Assembly: GCF_000150275.1 (NCBI RefSeq) | Contig: NW_002060944.1 | Span: forward strand, 8,260,735 to 8,324,734 | Reading direction: 5' to 3' | DNA length: 64,000 nucleotides | Source of the DNA: Trichoplax adhaerens | Lineage: Eukaryota > Animalia > Placozoa | In this document: positions 25,483 through 40,069 of the stretch, piece by piece | How positions within the stretch are numbered: the stretch's first letter is position 1 | How the letters are laid out: each line of letters begins with the position of its first letter | Made by a program: the position numbers and the translations under genes | Notes under the pieces: generated by a model | The model's input: the letters and a program-made list of their open reading frames with translations, nothing else | Database searches by the model: none | What the model was told of the DNA's origin: nothing

Positions 25483-28400
25483 ATGGCTAATGAAAGTAAG
25501 TACAATATTAAACTGATAATAACGAGTGTCGATTGACGATTTATTTTACATTAAATCTACTTTTTTATAAAAAACATTTTTGGGGGAAATTTTTGCTAAA
25601 CGGCTTTACTGTACCTAACGCTCACCCTAAGTCTGATAGGAGACAAGTGAGCAGAATCCATTCATAGTTCATACATGATTAAACGTGTACTACGGAAACA
25701 AAACCGTGGCTCGTAATGACAGTAGAATCATATATATTTTATTTTATACATCGCTATTATAATGAACTGTAAATCTACTGTAAGATAAAATTGTAGCAAG
25801 GCGTAGAGAAACGTTGATATATTATTTAATGCAAGGTAGTTGCGAGAACTCCACAACCGTATTCATTAATTATATTAAAATAAGTTATCGTACCGAGTAC
25901 AGTATAGAAGGCTGCTAACAAAACTAGGTTTTAAGGAAATGTCACATTAAAGCAGAAATAATTTAAAAATGACAACACCTGTGTATCCTACACTAGTATC
26001 TACCGTATATACCACCTCGTCCATTGATTCATGCAATTTCGAAAAGTGATTGCTAGTCTACTAATGTCTTAACGTTAGTTTTACAGTAAAGCATTGCATC
26101 GACATAAAGACATATAGCACTGTATTTGTATGAAGGGAAAAAATTTGTTCTGTAGTGAATTATTCCTATGAGTGCAGTCAAATCATTGAGCTAGCAGTAC
26201 AACTAGCCTTGCTTTGCTTTTTGTAACAAATCCTTTTCAAGGCCAATGTTTACCGCACTGAAAAACTTGCTGATTTGCTAATTTGTTGCTAGCTTTGCAT
26301 TACCGCTCCTGCAGTCTAAAGCGCAGTATTTCACTCTCCCCCCCCCCCCCCATTTCTTGTACTGTCCATTTTAGTATATTGACTGCTTTTTAATCAAGCC
26401 TAGCCTGCGTCACTTCCTTGCAATATTTAGTGGTATATCATCACTTTTACAGATTTTGTTATATAGTGTATTAGATAATAGTGTACTATGGTTTGAATAT
26501 TTGAGCGGAAAACTTGTCTGGTTCGTAATGAAATTCATGTTTGTCTGTTAATCGGATGAGCTCCCTAAACCTTCACTACTGTAATATGGTATTATTTACC
26601 TATGGTAAAGAAATGAATTAATTAATTAAAATATTAATTCAATATACAGTACTGACAGTACTGCAGTATCCGTTTGCATTTTTAGTACTGTACAAGTGCA
26701 TACTGTACTATACACAGTCAGTCCAGCACTACAGTGTACAGTATCATGTACGGTAGGTACAGTACAGTACAATATACTGTACGCCTCCTTTTTCGTCCCA
26801 CCTACTCTTCGACACTACTGTATCGTATAGGACAGCACAGTCAATTACATCACCATCCAGTAGTTTACTCAACATGGGCTACCCATAGAGGTAAAAAGGG
26901 CTAAACTGCCAGGTTGCCGTTCTGTATGATCGCGCCAATCAGTACTAAACAATGATTTATTCACTAACTACACTTAACTGACTCATAAATCATGCCCGTT
27001 CCTGTTCCATTTCATTGACGATGTAGACAAAAAAAGAATTGGTCGCGCTACCTTCAAACGTCGCCGAATTTGCCATATCCTAAATTTACCTGAAGAGCTA
27101 CTGGTTATCCTATTTCAAAATCTATCTATTCGCGATTTAGCTAAATTACGACGGGTAAGATGTTTCATTCAAATTGGACTATTAAACACAGTATAGACGT
27201 ATTTATTGAGGTAATTAATATACTGTATTATTTGATTTGATTGAAATTTTGGTAGGTTTGCACACGTTTTAACGACGTCATCAGTAACTGTCCAAGTCTA
27301 TGGAGATGTGCAAACTTTCATGGTGTCTGGCCATCAGTTGACAATCTACTGGCTATGAAACGGTATGAAAGTTTATACACCATTCACACCAATAGAATTT
27401 TCTTATATTTATATCAATCCTCATTATATTAAATTTTGTTTCTACCTGTAAAGGGCTGCTCAAGTTGGCAATATCCAGGCTTTAGTGAAACTGGCCATTG
27501 CTTATTTATATAGCGAGGGGTGTAAGTCTCAATATTAAAACTAAAACTTATTCAATAAGTAACATCATTCGGTACCTGTACAGTTGATAAAAACTAAACT
27601 GATATTAAATTAATTGTCTTACCTGTTGTAAAAAGATTATCTGAATAATGATACATTTATTCTTGACCTACACGATTGCCATAATTTTCAGTCTAACTTG
27701 GAAGATTTGATAACGATTGTTATTTCAGCTGCGATTAAATCACTTTCCAAGTACACATCAAGTTTTTGTTGATTTTTGAAATTTGTTGTGTGATTCCATA
27801 GACCATAACGTAACGCGAAAGTGATATCATTTAATCAATTTAAAAGAGTATTTAAGGACTATAGCCCCTGATTATTTGTATTTTATTTTTGGAAAAAAAT
27901 TAGTACCTGATGAAGGCATTATCAATGCAAGCCGAGCTGCAGAGTATTTTTGGATGCTCGAAGAAAAATGTAAGGGTATTGGTCCGATCATTTGGTTGTT
28001 TATCAGACCACCCTGGGCTCCTACTGCAAATGGCAACTGTATCAAGGAATGTGTCTTCACCGAAATTAACGAATACTGCCAAATCGATGTACGTGTAGCA
28101 CTTAAAACTATAGCGATATAATAAACTACTTTGCAATACTGATGCTAATAATTAGTAAAGTTGTCAGAATAAGCAATAGCCGATTATTATATTCTAACTA
28201 TTTTCACTTAAATCATCTTTTTAACCTCATTTCCTGACAGGGCGTAACCAATTCCTTGTATTATGATGTTGCTAAAACATACAGTTTACAAGAAGTATGT
28301 TGTTCTTCATTAAAATTATAGCTTAAGTTCGATATTACTTAAAAATGACTTAAAACCATGACTCCTACGTAGTTTATTATTTAAACTGCTTCTATTTTAA

Positions 28401-31400
28401 CAAATAGTCTACAATCTATAAGTGAATGTTATATTATACATACTATGCTGAAAGGCAAAACTTATTTTTCTGTAAAAGGGGGCAGATAAAGCTAAAATTG
28501 TGGAATTATTCGCTATTGCCGCCGAAAAAGGTTGTCCGGAGGCCTCTCTGGAACTTTGGAAAACGAAAGATCGGGAAAAGGTACTACTGTTATAACGTTC
28601 GTAATTTCTAAATTTCATTCGTATAGTTAGTTACTTGCATGAAGTATTCATCTAGAAAAATTATAAAAAGGTTTAAAGATCTGTTTTTAGGTATATGTAT
28701 TTATCGACTCATTTATGAAAATTTAACAGGTGATCGATCCTGGCTATTATATTGAAGCTGCCAGACGCATACGTGAAATTGCAAACACGGGATGTCTGGA
28801 AGCTCAGGTATAATACTCTTAAAATTACAAAAGTAATATTTTGGCGCTTGTTTAAGATTGAATTTTGATATTAGCATATATATTAATATCTTTACTTCTT
28901 CGTTCTCTTTGTTTCCGATAATAACCGTTAAAATATCAAAAATGAACGTGCCTTCTATGTTCTATGTACATGTATGGTTACAGTTGGAGTTATGTTTGAT
29001 ATACGCTAAAAAAAAATTTACTGGCGTTAATCGAAATCAAGCGACTGCTTACGTTCGAAAGGTTAGCCTTACACTTACTGAAGTTGTCTTCTCAAAGTAG
29101 CACTTATATTTTTACAAAATAACTGTTTTTGATTAGATGGTAGAAAGCTGTCGAAATATTAACATAAAATTAGTTAATAGAATTCAATTGGAATTGAACG
29201 ATAGAATGAGGTATATCAACTTATTTTACATACGCACACATCATAATTTCAGAAACTTGATTAATATATTTATAAAGGCGTACAAATATAATTAAATTAA
29301 CATACTACGCTTTAATTATATAGGTATATACTTATAGATTGGCTTGTTGAAGTAGCTGAAATGAAGGTAATTAAGCGAATTAATCATTTTATCTGCACAC
29401 GTTGTTATAATCATTCAGCTTTGCTATACTCGTACTATACATCTGATTCGAATATAATTTACTTTTCATTATTTTAGGAATTTTCTAGTGAAATGCTCTG
29501 TAATGCAATTGACTTAGTTGATCGCTATCTTGAAATCAATCCTATACCGAGAAGTAACTTGCAGTTACTAGGTATTTCCTGTATGGTTATAGCCTCAAGG
29601 TTGGTTAAGGTATTAATGATTTCGTTCAATTTGGATAAAAATCTAATAAAACCGTTTTGTGCAATCATGTTAAGATATCACTGTGTAGATATTATGACCA
29701 TTCGTGAAGCAGCATGGTTAACGGATAATACTTATAAATATGATGAAGTAGTTAGGTATGGTAAATTAATAATTCAGATAACATTGGCACTTAGATAGCG
29801 TTGTACTCAATCGATTATATGCTCTTCATTTTAGAATGATTGGAGAAGTTTTTGCTGCTGTCAACGGAGAAATTCGCGTAAGTTCATTTAGTAATATAGC
29901 TAATGTCTGGATTCTGCTCAGAAAATGCTTTTAACGTAATGTTATCGCTTTTATAAAATAGACCCCAAGTGCGTTCGATTACTTGAAGATTTTTTGTACG
30001 ATTTCAGAAGTTAGCCAGAAATGTACATATTTAGCTAGCTTCATACTAGAACTCAGTTGGCTCTTCTTAGAGAATAGCAGGTTTGACTTTTGTTATATTT
30101 TTACCATTGATACAGTATACAAAAGCTAATTTCAGAGTAAAGTAGACAGTATTCATCTTTTAGACCTCATTATTTGCCATTGGTTACATTTCTTTTATAG
30201 ATACAAATCAGCTGTTAAGGCCGCTGCTTCGTTACTTCTTGCCAGAGTGCTTATTATGGGAAATGGTATGTCGATGATTTGATGTGGTTAGCACAATTTT
30301 CTTAGTTCTAAAATAGTAAAATTATATGTTGATAGAATTACCATGGACTGAAGAGTTAAAAAGTTATACAGGATTAAGCCTCGAAGATCTCTCTTCATGC
30401 GTTTTGCATCTGTATAAAAAATGGTATCTTAAATTGCTTATTCAACTATTCTTATCTTACTAAAAAAGTTCGCATAGTACTGATTATGGGATAAACTTTG
30501 CATTCTCTAATTTTATAGTTTAGCTGAAAAACCTCCTAAAGATTATTATAATTCGGAAGTTAAATCTGTACATAATAGGTAAATAGTCTGTACACAACTT
30601 CGATTTTAATCGTCCGCTTGTCTGATTATTTTATTAGCTTATGACGGAGATAATTTATTTTTATTGTAGGTATAGCGGTCCCAATAAGTATAATGTAGCC
30701 GAAACAGACGTAAGATAGACTTAGCAACCGTAATTGAATTTATTCTTTATATCTATTTAATGGCAACTGTTATCTTTATTGATATACTTTACAATTTATG
30801 AAAACAATAGATACCTAGCCTGGAAGTAATCGCAAAAATCCTACTCGTAAGCGATTTATCGTCATTTATTGAAAACGAAAGTATGGAAGATACGAGCTGT
30901 CAACAAATTGACAAATCAAAATGCCTTCAGACATTAAGCTTTGATGACGATGTTGATAGTACTATCCATATGTCGTCAAGTGAAAGTTCCATGTCATTTA
31001 GCGAGTGTTCCAATGACATTTCGGATACATCATTATACGCTGAAAATGATAGGAAATTATGTGAAACTGCACCATTGTCTCCATTTAACAATGAAATTGA
31101 GACTTTATATACTGATCAATTTGGCGATGGAGCCATCATATCGGAAGCAAAGCCTAAATTCGACGGTGCAGTTGATATTGCAGAGAGTAACATGAACGAG
31201 AGATTAACAGGGAATGATTTTGTACAGACAGATGCTTGTAATGCTGATGCATTATTTGAAGAAAATTATGAACTGCTATCTAGACCGTTAACTTCGCCGG
31301 AATTTTATTACAACGAAGGCTGTAAAGGACGGCAGCTAGATATAGACAATGGACACCAGTTTAACGCTTTTTCAACTGACAACTTCGATGACCTTTCAAA

Positions 31401-31551
31401 CAAAGATAGTAGGGCAGGCTTCATTCCAATATCGGAAATTGACGCCAGATGTAATAATAAGCTAAAAATTTCGTTTTCGAGCAATGGCTCATTACCACAT
31501 GATCAGAATCAAACTTTAGACTGTAAAGGGCATATGCCATTTCTAGAATAA
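25483..31551 (+). CDS. CCNF: Cyclin F (F-box + cyclin box + acidic PEST-like tail), multi-exon; start uncertain
   Basis: F-box exon 27027-27154 (ILNLPEELLVILFQNLSIRDL), then SLWRCANFHGVWPS, ALVKLAIAYLYSEG, IIWLFIRPPW and the cyclin box RYILIDWLVEVAEMK...NLQLLGISCMVIASR...MTIREAAWLTDNTYKY. Last exon ends at TAA 31551. Best start is a 13-nt phase-1 mini-exon ATG 25483-25495, optionally with a symmetric 60-nt exon 26831-26890. An ATG at 24532 is an alternative. Confidence 0.93.
26644..26825. repeat. Intronic ACAGT cluster near the CCNF 5' end
   Basis: Repeated CAGTACTG, TACAGTACAGTAC and TACTGTAC units within ~180 bp. Confidence 0.75.
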
Positions 31552-32702
31552 TATACTCCTATATTGTAAATTTCAACTTTGCGGTGCAACTAGGAAATAG
31601 TTTTTTTGATAACAGGTCTAATACACCTTAGTTAAAAAGCTTATATATAAAATGTGCTTTTCTTATTTGTAAGAAATTTAACTGCTTTAGCAATGTTATT
31701 CTATAACACAAAATTACGATAATATTCATGATCTCTCGCCTGTACGATTTAATTATTGTTTGATAAAATTTTTGTTATTGTGCTGAAAATGAATATAATT
31801 TAGCGCAGTGGATTGAATTTAGACAAACTATCTATTCATCTTTTTTCTATCCAAAATGTGCATGTATAATAGTCGATTGTAATCCGTCCAGCAATATCCT
31901 TTAGTAATGCTAGGAATGTGATCTAATTTATGCTACGGAATTTTTCTGTAATATGTAAGGTATTAGGACTTGAATATTTATCAATTCGACAATTTTATAA
32001 GTTGAGTCTTGAAGTGCTGTACAGTGCTTTGCTTTTCGATATCTGCTCGTCTTTTGCTGCACCATTTTATTGCTTAATATAAACAGCGAAATAGGGTACT
32101 ACCGAATTTGTATGCATTGATGATTGTGATGTTGTATTATATTGTATAAATGTATTGTGTATAGGCCAAATTTATTAAAGCGGTGTTCTTTACTTTGCAA
32201 GCTCTATAGATCATTAACATGCATTAAGGTATGCTTGATAATTTGACTGCAATAGTTGTATCTGTTATAAAATCTCTGGAATAGCCTATTTCAGTCTTGT
32301 AAAATGCTTCGCCGGTAACAAAAAAGTATCTGCACTATATATTTATAGACCGTACTTTGCGTATTGATTGTTTCTCCATCACTACCTCCTATTGAAAGTA
32401 CCATTAGTAACTCATGTGCGGAACTCAAAGTTTTTCTAAAAGCAGGTTTTGAAGATCCGTGCTTAATCTGATTGTTTAGCTCATTTAAATGATAGTGCTA
32501 TTATTACCATCTAAAGATTCATACTTGTTTGATACATTAGCAGTAAACGCAAAAAATTTAACGCTGGTAAACGTGTATAATAATAATTATTATTATTATT
32601 CAGTAATGAAAAAGATTCATTCATATATAATACAGTACATTAATGTTATATGTGAAAAATTTAATTTAATCCAGTAACCATGTATAATCATAAATCATTC
32701 AT

Positions 32703-35700
32703 TTAGTCGGCCCAATAAATAAGCCGATAGTTTTTCTTTCCTGCAATAAAAAACAACCTCTTAACACAGTTTAACACAACTCGTATACGTATATAAGATC
32801 AAACATGTATGCAATACCTGTCCTGACCACTGTGATCCTGCCATCTAATCTCCGGATATCACTTTCTACTTTGGCTTTATAATCCGTAATTTTCGTATCG
32901 TTAACGTAAAAACCGCCGCTTTCTATTAATTTTCGACCTTGATCTTTAGTTAAAAGAGGCAATACATATCAGACCATAGATACATATATGTTATTACTAT
33001 AATCCATACATTAATTCGTTGAAAAATGATGCAAAATAATCTAATGAACTACAATCATTATCGTACAGGGGTCTTGCTCTGTTGATCAAAACGTTGGTAT
33101 CACTTACAAACTAATATTCGAGCTTAGTAGATCATACGAATTGGGTCGGAATCTACAGTAATGCTTGGACAACTGACAACATCAACATTTCGATTAATTT
33201 CTCTCAGTATAACTATGGTGTAGCTAAGAGTTAGATTGTAAGCTACATTTAATACGACGTGCCGTAGGCTATGAACCTCGGTGAATGAGGATACTCTGTT
33301 GGAGTACGGATGCTTATACGTAATAGGTCTATTATAGTCAGTCAATTGTAACCCCTGTATTTGAAAACCGGGTAGAATAATGCTATGCAGATTCTAGAGT
33401 AAATACACAAATAACTTTAGAGAATTTTTTAGAAACTCTTTTCTATAGCTGTGTTCGGCTAATAAGAGAGACGTAGCAGTTTCAGTCTAGGTAAGAGCCT
33501 ATCGCTTATTTTAATAAATCTTTCATTTCAAAAAATCTCAAAGTCTTGATTTTTATATCATCACAAGTATACGTATATAACATGATTCTTAAATGTCACA
33601 CGAGAACGAATTAATCTCTTACTGAAAGATGGAACAGCACCACAATTCAATGCTAGTTCGGCCATGTTTCGTGACTTATCCCATTTAAGTTGAATATTCG
33701 GTACATCACGTAGAATCTGCTGTAGTTTATTTGCTAGAAAATCGATAAAAATATAAAGACTAAGATAAAAATAGTAATAACTTAAATAAAACCGTAAACA
33801 TAAAAATGAAGTGAAATAGAACTAACTGGATTTGTTATTTAGATTATTGGGATTTCCGTACAGAACCTCTGTAGCATCACAAGCTTCCTGCATACAGTCC
33901 TCTAAAGGAATAAGCATTCTTGTTATGAAGCATCAGATAAGGTTGAAATCATTTATTCTTTACAAGAATCTTAATATAGTATGCTTATTACCGCCATGGA
34001 CAAGTCTGGCAACTTCATTTGCTAATATTTTTGTGCCATATCGTTCTTCAGGTTTCTCCTGTTTTCCATATCAACAAAACGATATCGTTACTTTACACCT
34101 GTTTAAGTTTCGTTAAAAAGTTTTGTATATAATAGTGTTCGTGATTGATATCATACCAAGTGTCTAGCTACAATGTTGCGAATGTCGTTGACCGGTATAA
34201 AGGTAAAAATTTTTAAGAACTTTTCCACGTCTGCATCTTCCGTTCTCATAAAATACTAGAGCAAGAAGATCTCATTCTTAGGCAGTATAAATAGACTTAC
34301 AATCGCGAAACTTGGGCCTTGAAGTGTTAGCAAACCTGATAGAATTCATAAAGTGACGTTTTAGCACGTGATAACCAAATGGCATTGCCAAGACTTTTTC
34401 CTAATTTCTCTCCGCTAGCATTTGTCAAGAGAGGGACAGTTAGGCCTAGTCGTAACATAATTACATAAACTTAGTTGCGTTTCCAGGTTTTGTACAAGAA
34501 AGACCTTATGATTTTGCATTTTATTAATCCGAAATGATTTGGCAAGAAATAAAATAAATGATGAGCTAAAATTCATACCATGAACTCGTTTTCCATCAAC
34601 TTTGTGGATAAATTCACAACCAGCTACAATATTACCCCATTGATCACTTCCTCCCACCTGCAAGATCGATAAGGTAAGTAAACAGCTTTCGATTCACAGT
34701 TAAATTTTGAAAATCTTTGGAGACTATTAATTTAGTTTATTTAGTCTAACTTGAATGTGACAATTGCGCTCGGCACACATCCTCTGAAAGTCGTAAGCTT
34801 GGAATACTTGATAAAAAAATTCAGTTAAACACATGCCTTCCGGGCTATTCAATCTTTGCTTAACACTGATAATAATAATAATAAAAAAGATTGTTATTGA
34901 GAATTAACATTACATTAACCGATCCATGATACATTATAATCAGTCATATTAGCCATCTTACCTATCCCTGGATAACATAGCTCCCATCCGAAAGTGTCGT
35001 CCAACAGATGATAAAAAATTGACAATATTAAAGTTTTCGTACCATGTAGCATTATTTAAAATAACATCACCGAAATTTCTACGAGTATAAAAAAAACCTC
35101 CTTCAATATATCGCGTGTGAAAGAAAGTCAATATTATATGCGTATCTTCATGCATAATTATCCGATCGGTATTGTAAAATGCACAACATATACCTGGATT
35201 GTTTAAATAATAATTGATCCTTATCCGACCACATATTAAAATCATTATGGAGTAAATCTGAAATCTGACATTGAATTTCTTGTACATTATGTGTTACGGT
35301 ATTTATCGACAACGGATCGCGTTCCTTTAATCTACCGCTGGGATCACCAATGAGACCAGTTGAACCTCCAATCTAGAGCGAATGCTAGACGTCAATTTAA
35401 ATGCATAGATACACCACAATCTGCATCTTTTACATATTTATTCTTCCGTTTAAATTACAACACTTACAACGAAATATGGGATATGTCCAGCTCTACGTAG
35501 ATGCAGTAAAGTCATTATCGTTACTAGATTACCAACATGTAAACTTTCAGCCGTAGGGTCTATTCCAGCATATGCAGACCTATCCGGACTTTGCAGGTGC
35601 TCCTGCAAATAACTAACGTACGTGAAAAGCAGGTATTTTAGAAGAATTTTAGCCAAGAAGAAGAATCCATCTACTGTACAAGGTGAAGATTTTATGCACA

Positions 35701-36028
35701 AGGTTGTAAATCATACGCAGTATCCGCTAGTATTATATAAAGAGTCTGTTTATGATATCGTGCACTCTACTCAGACATGTATAAGCTCGATTAAAACTGA
35801 ACAATTTAAGTGATAACCTGAAATGATAGTAAACGTATGGTAAACTGGCGTTAACCTCCTGTAAGCTCATCTATGCAGCAAACTATACCTAGTGGAGTTA
35901 GCAATTAACCCTCTTTCCAGCAAAGTATGGTAAACATCTGTACTTTGATAGCATCTCCATGTCATCGTCAGACTCTTTGCAAGCCTGCTCACGCCATAAT
36001 GTGTTCTTGATGACCAGATCTTATTCAT
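32703..36028 (-). CDS. YARS2: Mitochondrial tyrosyl-tRNA synthetase, multi-exon
   Basis: Exon 1 (36028-35889) starts with a basic, Ser-rich presequence-like [20 protein letters not shown]. Motifs: [16 protein letters not shown] (HIGH), [49 protein letters not shown] (KMSKS equivalent) and an S4-like tail [13 protein letters not shown]...[14 protein letters not shown]. Confidence 0.95.
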
Positions 36029-38819
36029 CTTTTTGCAAACCTTGAGATTGCTAATTTTCGCCGATTTCTTAACTTAATAGTAACTTTAGTGTTGTATACA
36101 GGATAATCTTCACATTCATTAGACTCAATTAGCTTCTATTTCATGCAGTACTGATCGGAGACTTTCAGCCTGCAAGTGCTACCAAGGAAATATTACGTTC
36201 AATCCGTTTTCGCAGCTTTCTGCAATGCTTGTCTAGAAACTTCGATAGAGAAATGCCAATGGCGTATGATGGATGTAGAAGCGTCTGTACGTCTGTTCAT
36301 CTGTGGTTCAATCAATGTGCAAGGCTGGTCAAAACCCTTATACATTACCAAACAATACCTAGCGTTATAGCATTTGGTAGCGATCGAGGCGAGCTTTCAA
36401 AATGGCAATTCTTAGTGAAATGTTCACCCGCATAGCTATGTCCAAAAATGTTGATAACTGGTTACTTTAAACAAGAATAGTGTGTCTAAACAGATTATTT
36501 AATATTCTTTTTGTTGTAAGATCTATCAATAGTCAAATTTATTCTTTACAGTATAGAATACTTCGTCTCTAAAGTGTTGAGATTGGCTCTAAGGTGGGGT
36601 AAAAATGGCGACTAAACACCAATGACAACACTTTGCTGTAAGTTACCGGCAATTTTAGAAAGAGTAAGATGGTTTATCTTTGCATTTACAATAAGAATTA
36701 TTGTTGAACACTATACCTAGAGATTATAATCTGGTGTAAAGTCGTCAATTGGAATCATTAATGCATTCAGATATGCCTGAAAAATTCGACATTTACCTCA
36801 GGAATAACTGCTTACTTGTAGACATGAGTGGAATGATACATTTACTTGTATCGCTAGATACTGTTTGGTAATGTATACTCATTTTGGACCAGAAACCAAT
36901 ACGCTACATGATACAATCTTTAGCCAAGAAATATGGCTAACCCTAACAATTACGAGTATAAACTGTAAATAAGCATGGAATTCTAGAACTACGTAGTTCT
37001 AAAGGTCCATGATATAACATATATATACATATACTAATGGACTGACAGCTTGTCATACTTTGTATACTTGTTGACGAAGTAGAATATTGATTTGAACCCT
37101 TTACGTCATTGTGAACATAGAGGAGATGGATAGTGTAGAGGCTTCCGGCAATATTGGATTATTTCCAGCTATAGTTTACCGTAGTGAATGCAAAATTGAT
37201 TTATTCGACTTGTTACTAGCATTTGCCATTGACATTGGCATTAATTGTATGACTGCCAGAATCGTATGTTTTAGTCAATCATTGACAAGCTAGCAGCATT
37301 GCACAACGTAAATCAAGGTTCTTCACAGTGTTCTGCAATCCGCTGGACGAAGGCAAGAATTGATGATGAAAATGCCATCGAGTTTAATTTGACAGAATAA
37401 ATATCAAATAGTTATTTGAAGCACTCAATGTTCGATTTATCTGTGAGTCATTTAGTAGATAGTAAGGTGTATCCAGGTGGACAAGATCTTTAATCGCAAT
37501 AGGATCCTTTCGACTACGTCGTGAACTGTGGAGACAGGGATTAGTGTTTTAGTACATCTTGAATCAATTTACCGTCGGAAAGGCGATAGCATGCATTCGA
37601 TGCAGGCTCTACCGGCACAATTGGATCGTATAATGAACGTGCAATATTAGCGTATTCTCATTTTTCAATAATGAATTCTACTTAGAGATGGTGTATATTG
37701 TCAGGAAGTTAAGACAGGATTATGTTCAGTCGATTAAACTCCTGTGCAATATCGATCTCAAAGGAGACAAAACCAATATGAATATATTACTGATGACTAA
37801 TAAATCATGCATTGCTAGTTCTACGCTACTGGCCAAGTATTGCCTATCGAACACTCTGCATTTAGTAGTATCGATTTTATTCCAAGTAATATCATTTTAG
37901 TTCGGGTTTAATTTTCGATATCTTGGGATAGCTTGAAACTAAACCGTAGACAGGAGTAGGATAGCATACCTAATGCAGTCTATCATTTATCTTCCGAATA
38001 CCGAGTCAATAAACAATGGAATATGGGCAATATACTTATAAAGTAAAATGTTAAATTTATTCGATGAATATATTAACTCAGCCATCAAACTATCTTGTCT
38101 TTAAAAACGCGTCATTTCTATAACACTCCTATGCCAATTCCCATCGCGATCCAAAGACAGGACCGGATATCCTATCTCGGTTGGTTGACGGCCATTCTTG
38201 AAATCTTTATCTAGAAGCTTATTTCTGGACACAGTAAACTAAATAGCTCCGAACAATGAAATAAAATTGATAAAAGTAAACTTTCACTTTGTATTTTGGT
38301 GAGTAAATAAGTTTGATTCCAACTACACTTATAGCACAATAGGTCAGCTACATGGCGATTAGAATAACTATTTTGATGCAGTAGGTTATCAACCTTTCCA
38401 ATTAACCTAAACTGATTAATTATAGATATAATTATTGAATACTATTGGGAAGCGAACTTGAAAACAACGGAAGATGCATACATAATATGCCCATCTATAT
38501 TCCGCTCATAAATATCCAATACTAAAACTATTTATAAGTTCCCATCACATTTTAGATACCGCTTAAAGAACAAATAGGAAACTAGCTGAATTTATCGACC
38601 ATAGTGCAATAATTACGGTAACATCGACGCGTGATTAAGGTTTTTAAAATGATACATTACTTTGATTTATCCAAAAAAAGCATTCCTAGCTGTCAAATTC
38701 TTAGTTGTATTTAGAAACAGATTAGAATAAATTACACTACGTAGTCGAATGTCTGTTATTTTCACTGCTTATTTTGATGCCACGAGGAATTGTAGTATGA
38801 TAATTAGACTTGATTACCT

Positions 38820-39260
38820 GTACAATAAATGTTAATCTATCTCTTGGGTTAATTTCTCTTCTTATTAACCGATCCCTTAACCAATTGTCTTACTACTGAT
38901 ACAAATTCTTCCATTATTTATATTGAACAGCTGTTTCTAATAAATTTATTACTACGTTCAACAAGGATTCTCGTAAATTTTTTCATATTAAATTATTTAT
39001 TTGTAACCTAGATGATAGGTAATTAATCATTCCTAAATGACGGAAATATATAGATTATTGTAACAATTGGATAAATGGTGTAGAATAGTATCAATGGTAA
39101 ATTACAGTAAGATCTTTATTTCACAATTTGACAACGGTTATAAATTCCTAATGGCATCAATTTTTATCTTTATTCTTATATAAATGGGCAATAATAGCAT
39201 TTTTTATTATTTTCCAGCCATTAAGGTTAGATTATATTACTTAGTCAAATATTTAACTCC
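38820..39260 (+). pseudogene. Possible decayed GPCR relic
   Basis: NVNLSLGLISLLINRSLNQLSYY (TM1/ICL1-like), then MASIFIFILI* at 39151 and IIFQPLR (TM3/ICL2-like), in broken frames. Confidence 0.3.
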
Positions 39261-40069
39261 ATGTTGTATAGCAATTAAAATCATAACCAATTCAGCACTT
39301 ATTATTTAAACGAAAAGAAATAGAAGTTAACACCATCGCAAAAGCTTGTTTTCGAAGATGAATTAGAGCAAGTTTTGAAGATAAGGTAAGTTTATTTTTA
39401 ATTTAAAATCGTAACTTTTACCGATTATTGTAAATCCTTTATAAGATTGGATAAACTTTACGGAAAAAATGATAATGTCACCGTGTAGGTGTTATAGATC
39501 AGTACTTACTCCCAGGTCTTATTTCTCGCGGCTTGTCGTTACATCATTTTCTTTTTTACTAATAGCAATGCCTAGATAGTTCTAGAGCCTTAATACCCTA
39601 CCATTTCAAATAGTGACTATTCTAACTCTCAAAAAGTATTCAATAAGTCAACAGATATTCCTATAAAACATCAAATTGGTCTAAAGTTGGGTAAAACTAT
39701 TCGTATTGTAATTTCTACTTCTTGATCCGTTAGTGTTATTGATATTTAATGAACGATCGCAGACTGTTAAAAATCTCTAGGTGACGAAATGCAAATTATT
39801 ACAATCAACACTTTCATTATCACAAATAAAATTTGACATAAATAGAGCATAATATCAGTAGAAAACACTACAGTATATACTAAATCGGCAGGTGTGGCAA
39901 TACTAGTGTAAAATTCTGGGTAGCATTTTATTTCCACTATAAAATTGCTTGCCAAATATAAGGTAACGCAAGAGAATTAATTCACTTACTCATACTACTA
40001 ATTACTAGCTTAGCTCGATTGCTTACCTTGCATGCAATTTCTCACAGGATTGATTCCTTCAAGAATGAT

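Noticed and set aside
33124-33345. 73-aa ORF inside the longest YARS2 intron
   Set aside because: Non-ATG start, no motif, and not needed for the YARS2 frame.
35717-35726. Candidate 10-nt microexon in YARS2 (ag|CGGATACTGC|gtatga) that would fix the phase
   Set aside because: The acceptor at ~35613 (cgttag|T TAT TTG CAG GAG) restores the frame without it, so the microexon is unnecessary.
36176-36435. Two short ORFs divergent from YARS2
   Set aside because: No motifs or clear splice structure; cannot be told from promoter or UTR sequence.
37111-37293. SGNIGLF...LLLAFAIDIG as another GPCR TM1-TM2
   Set aside because: No supporting downstream TM3 or TM7 fragment; too weak to call.
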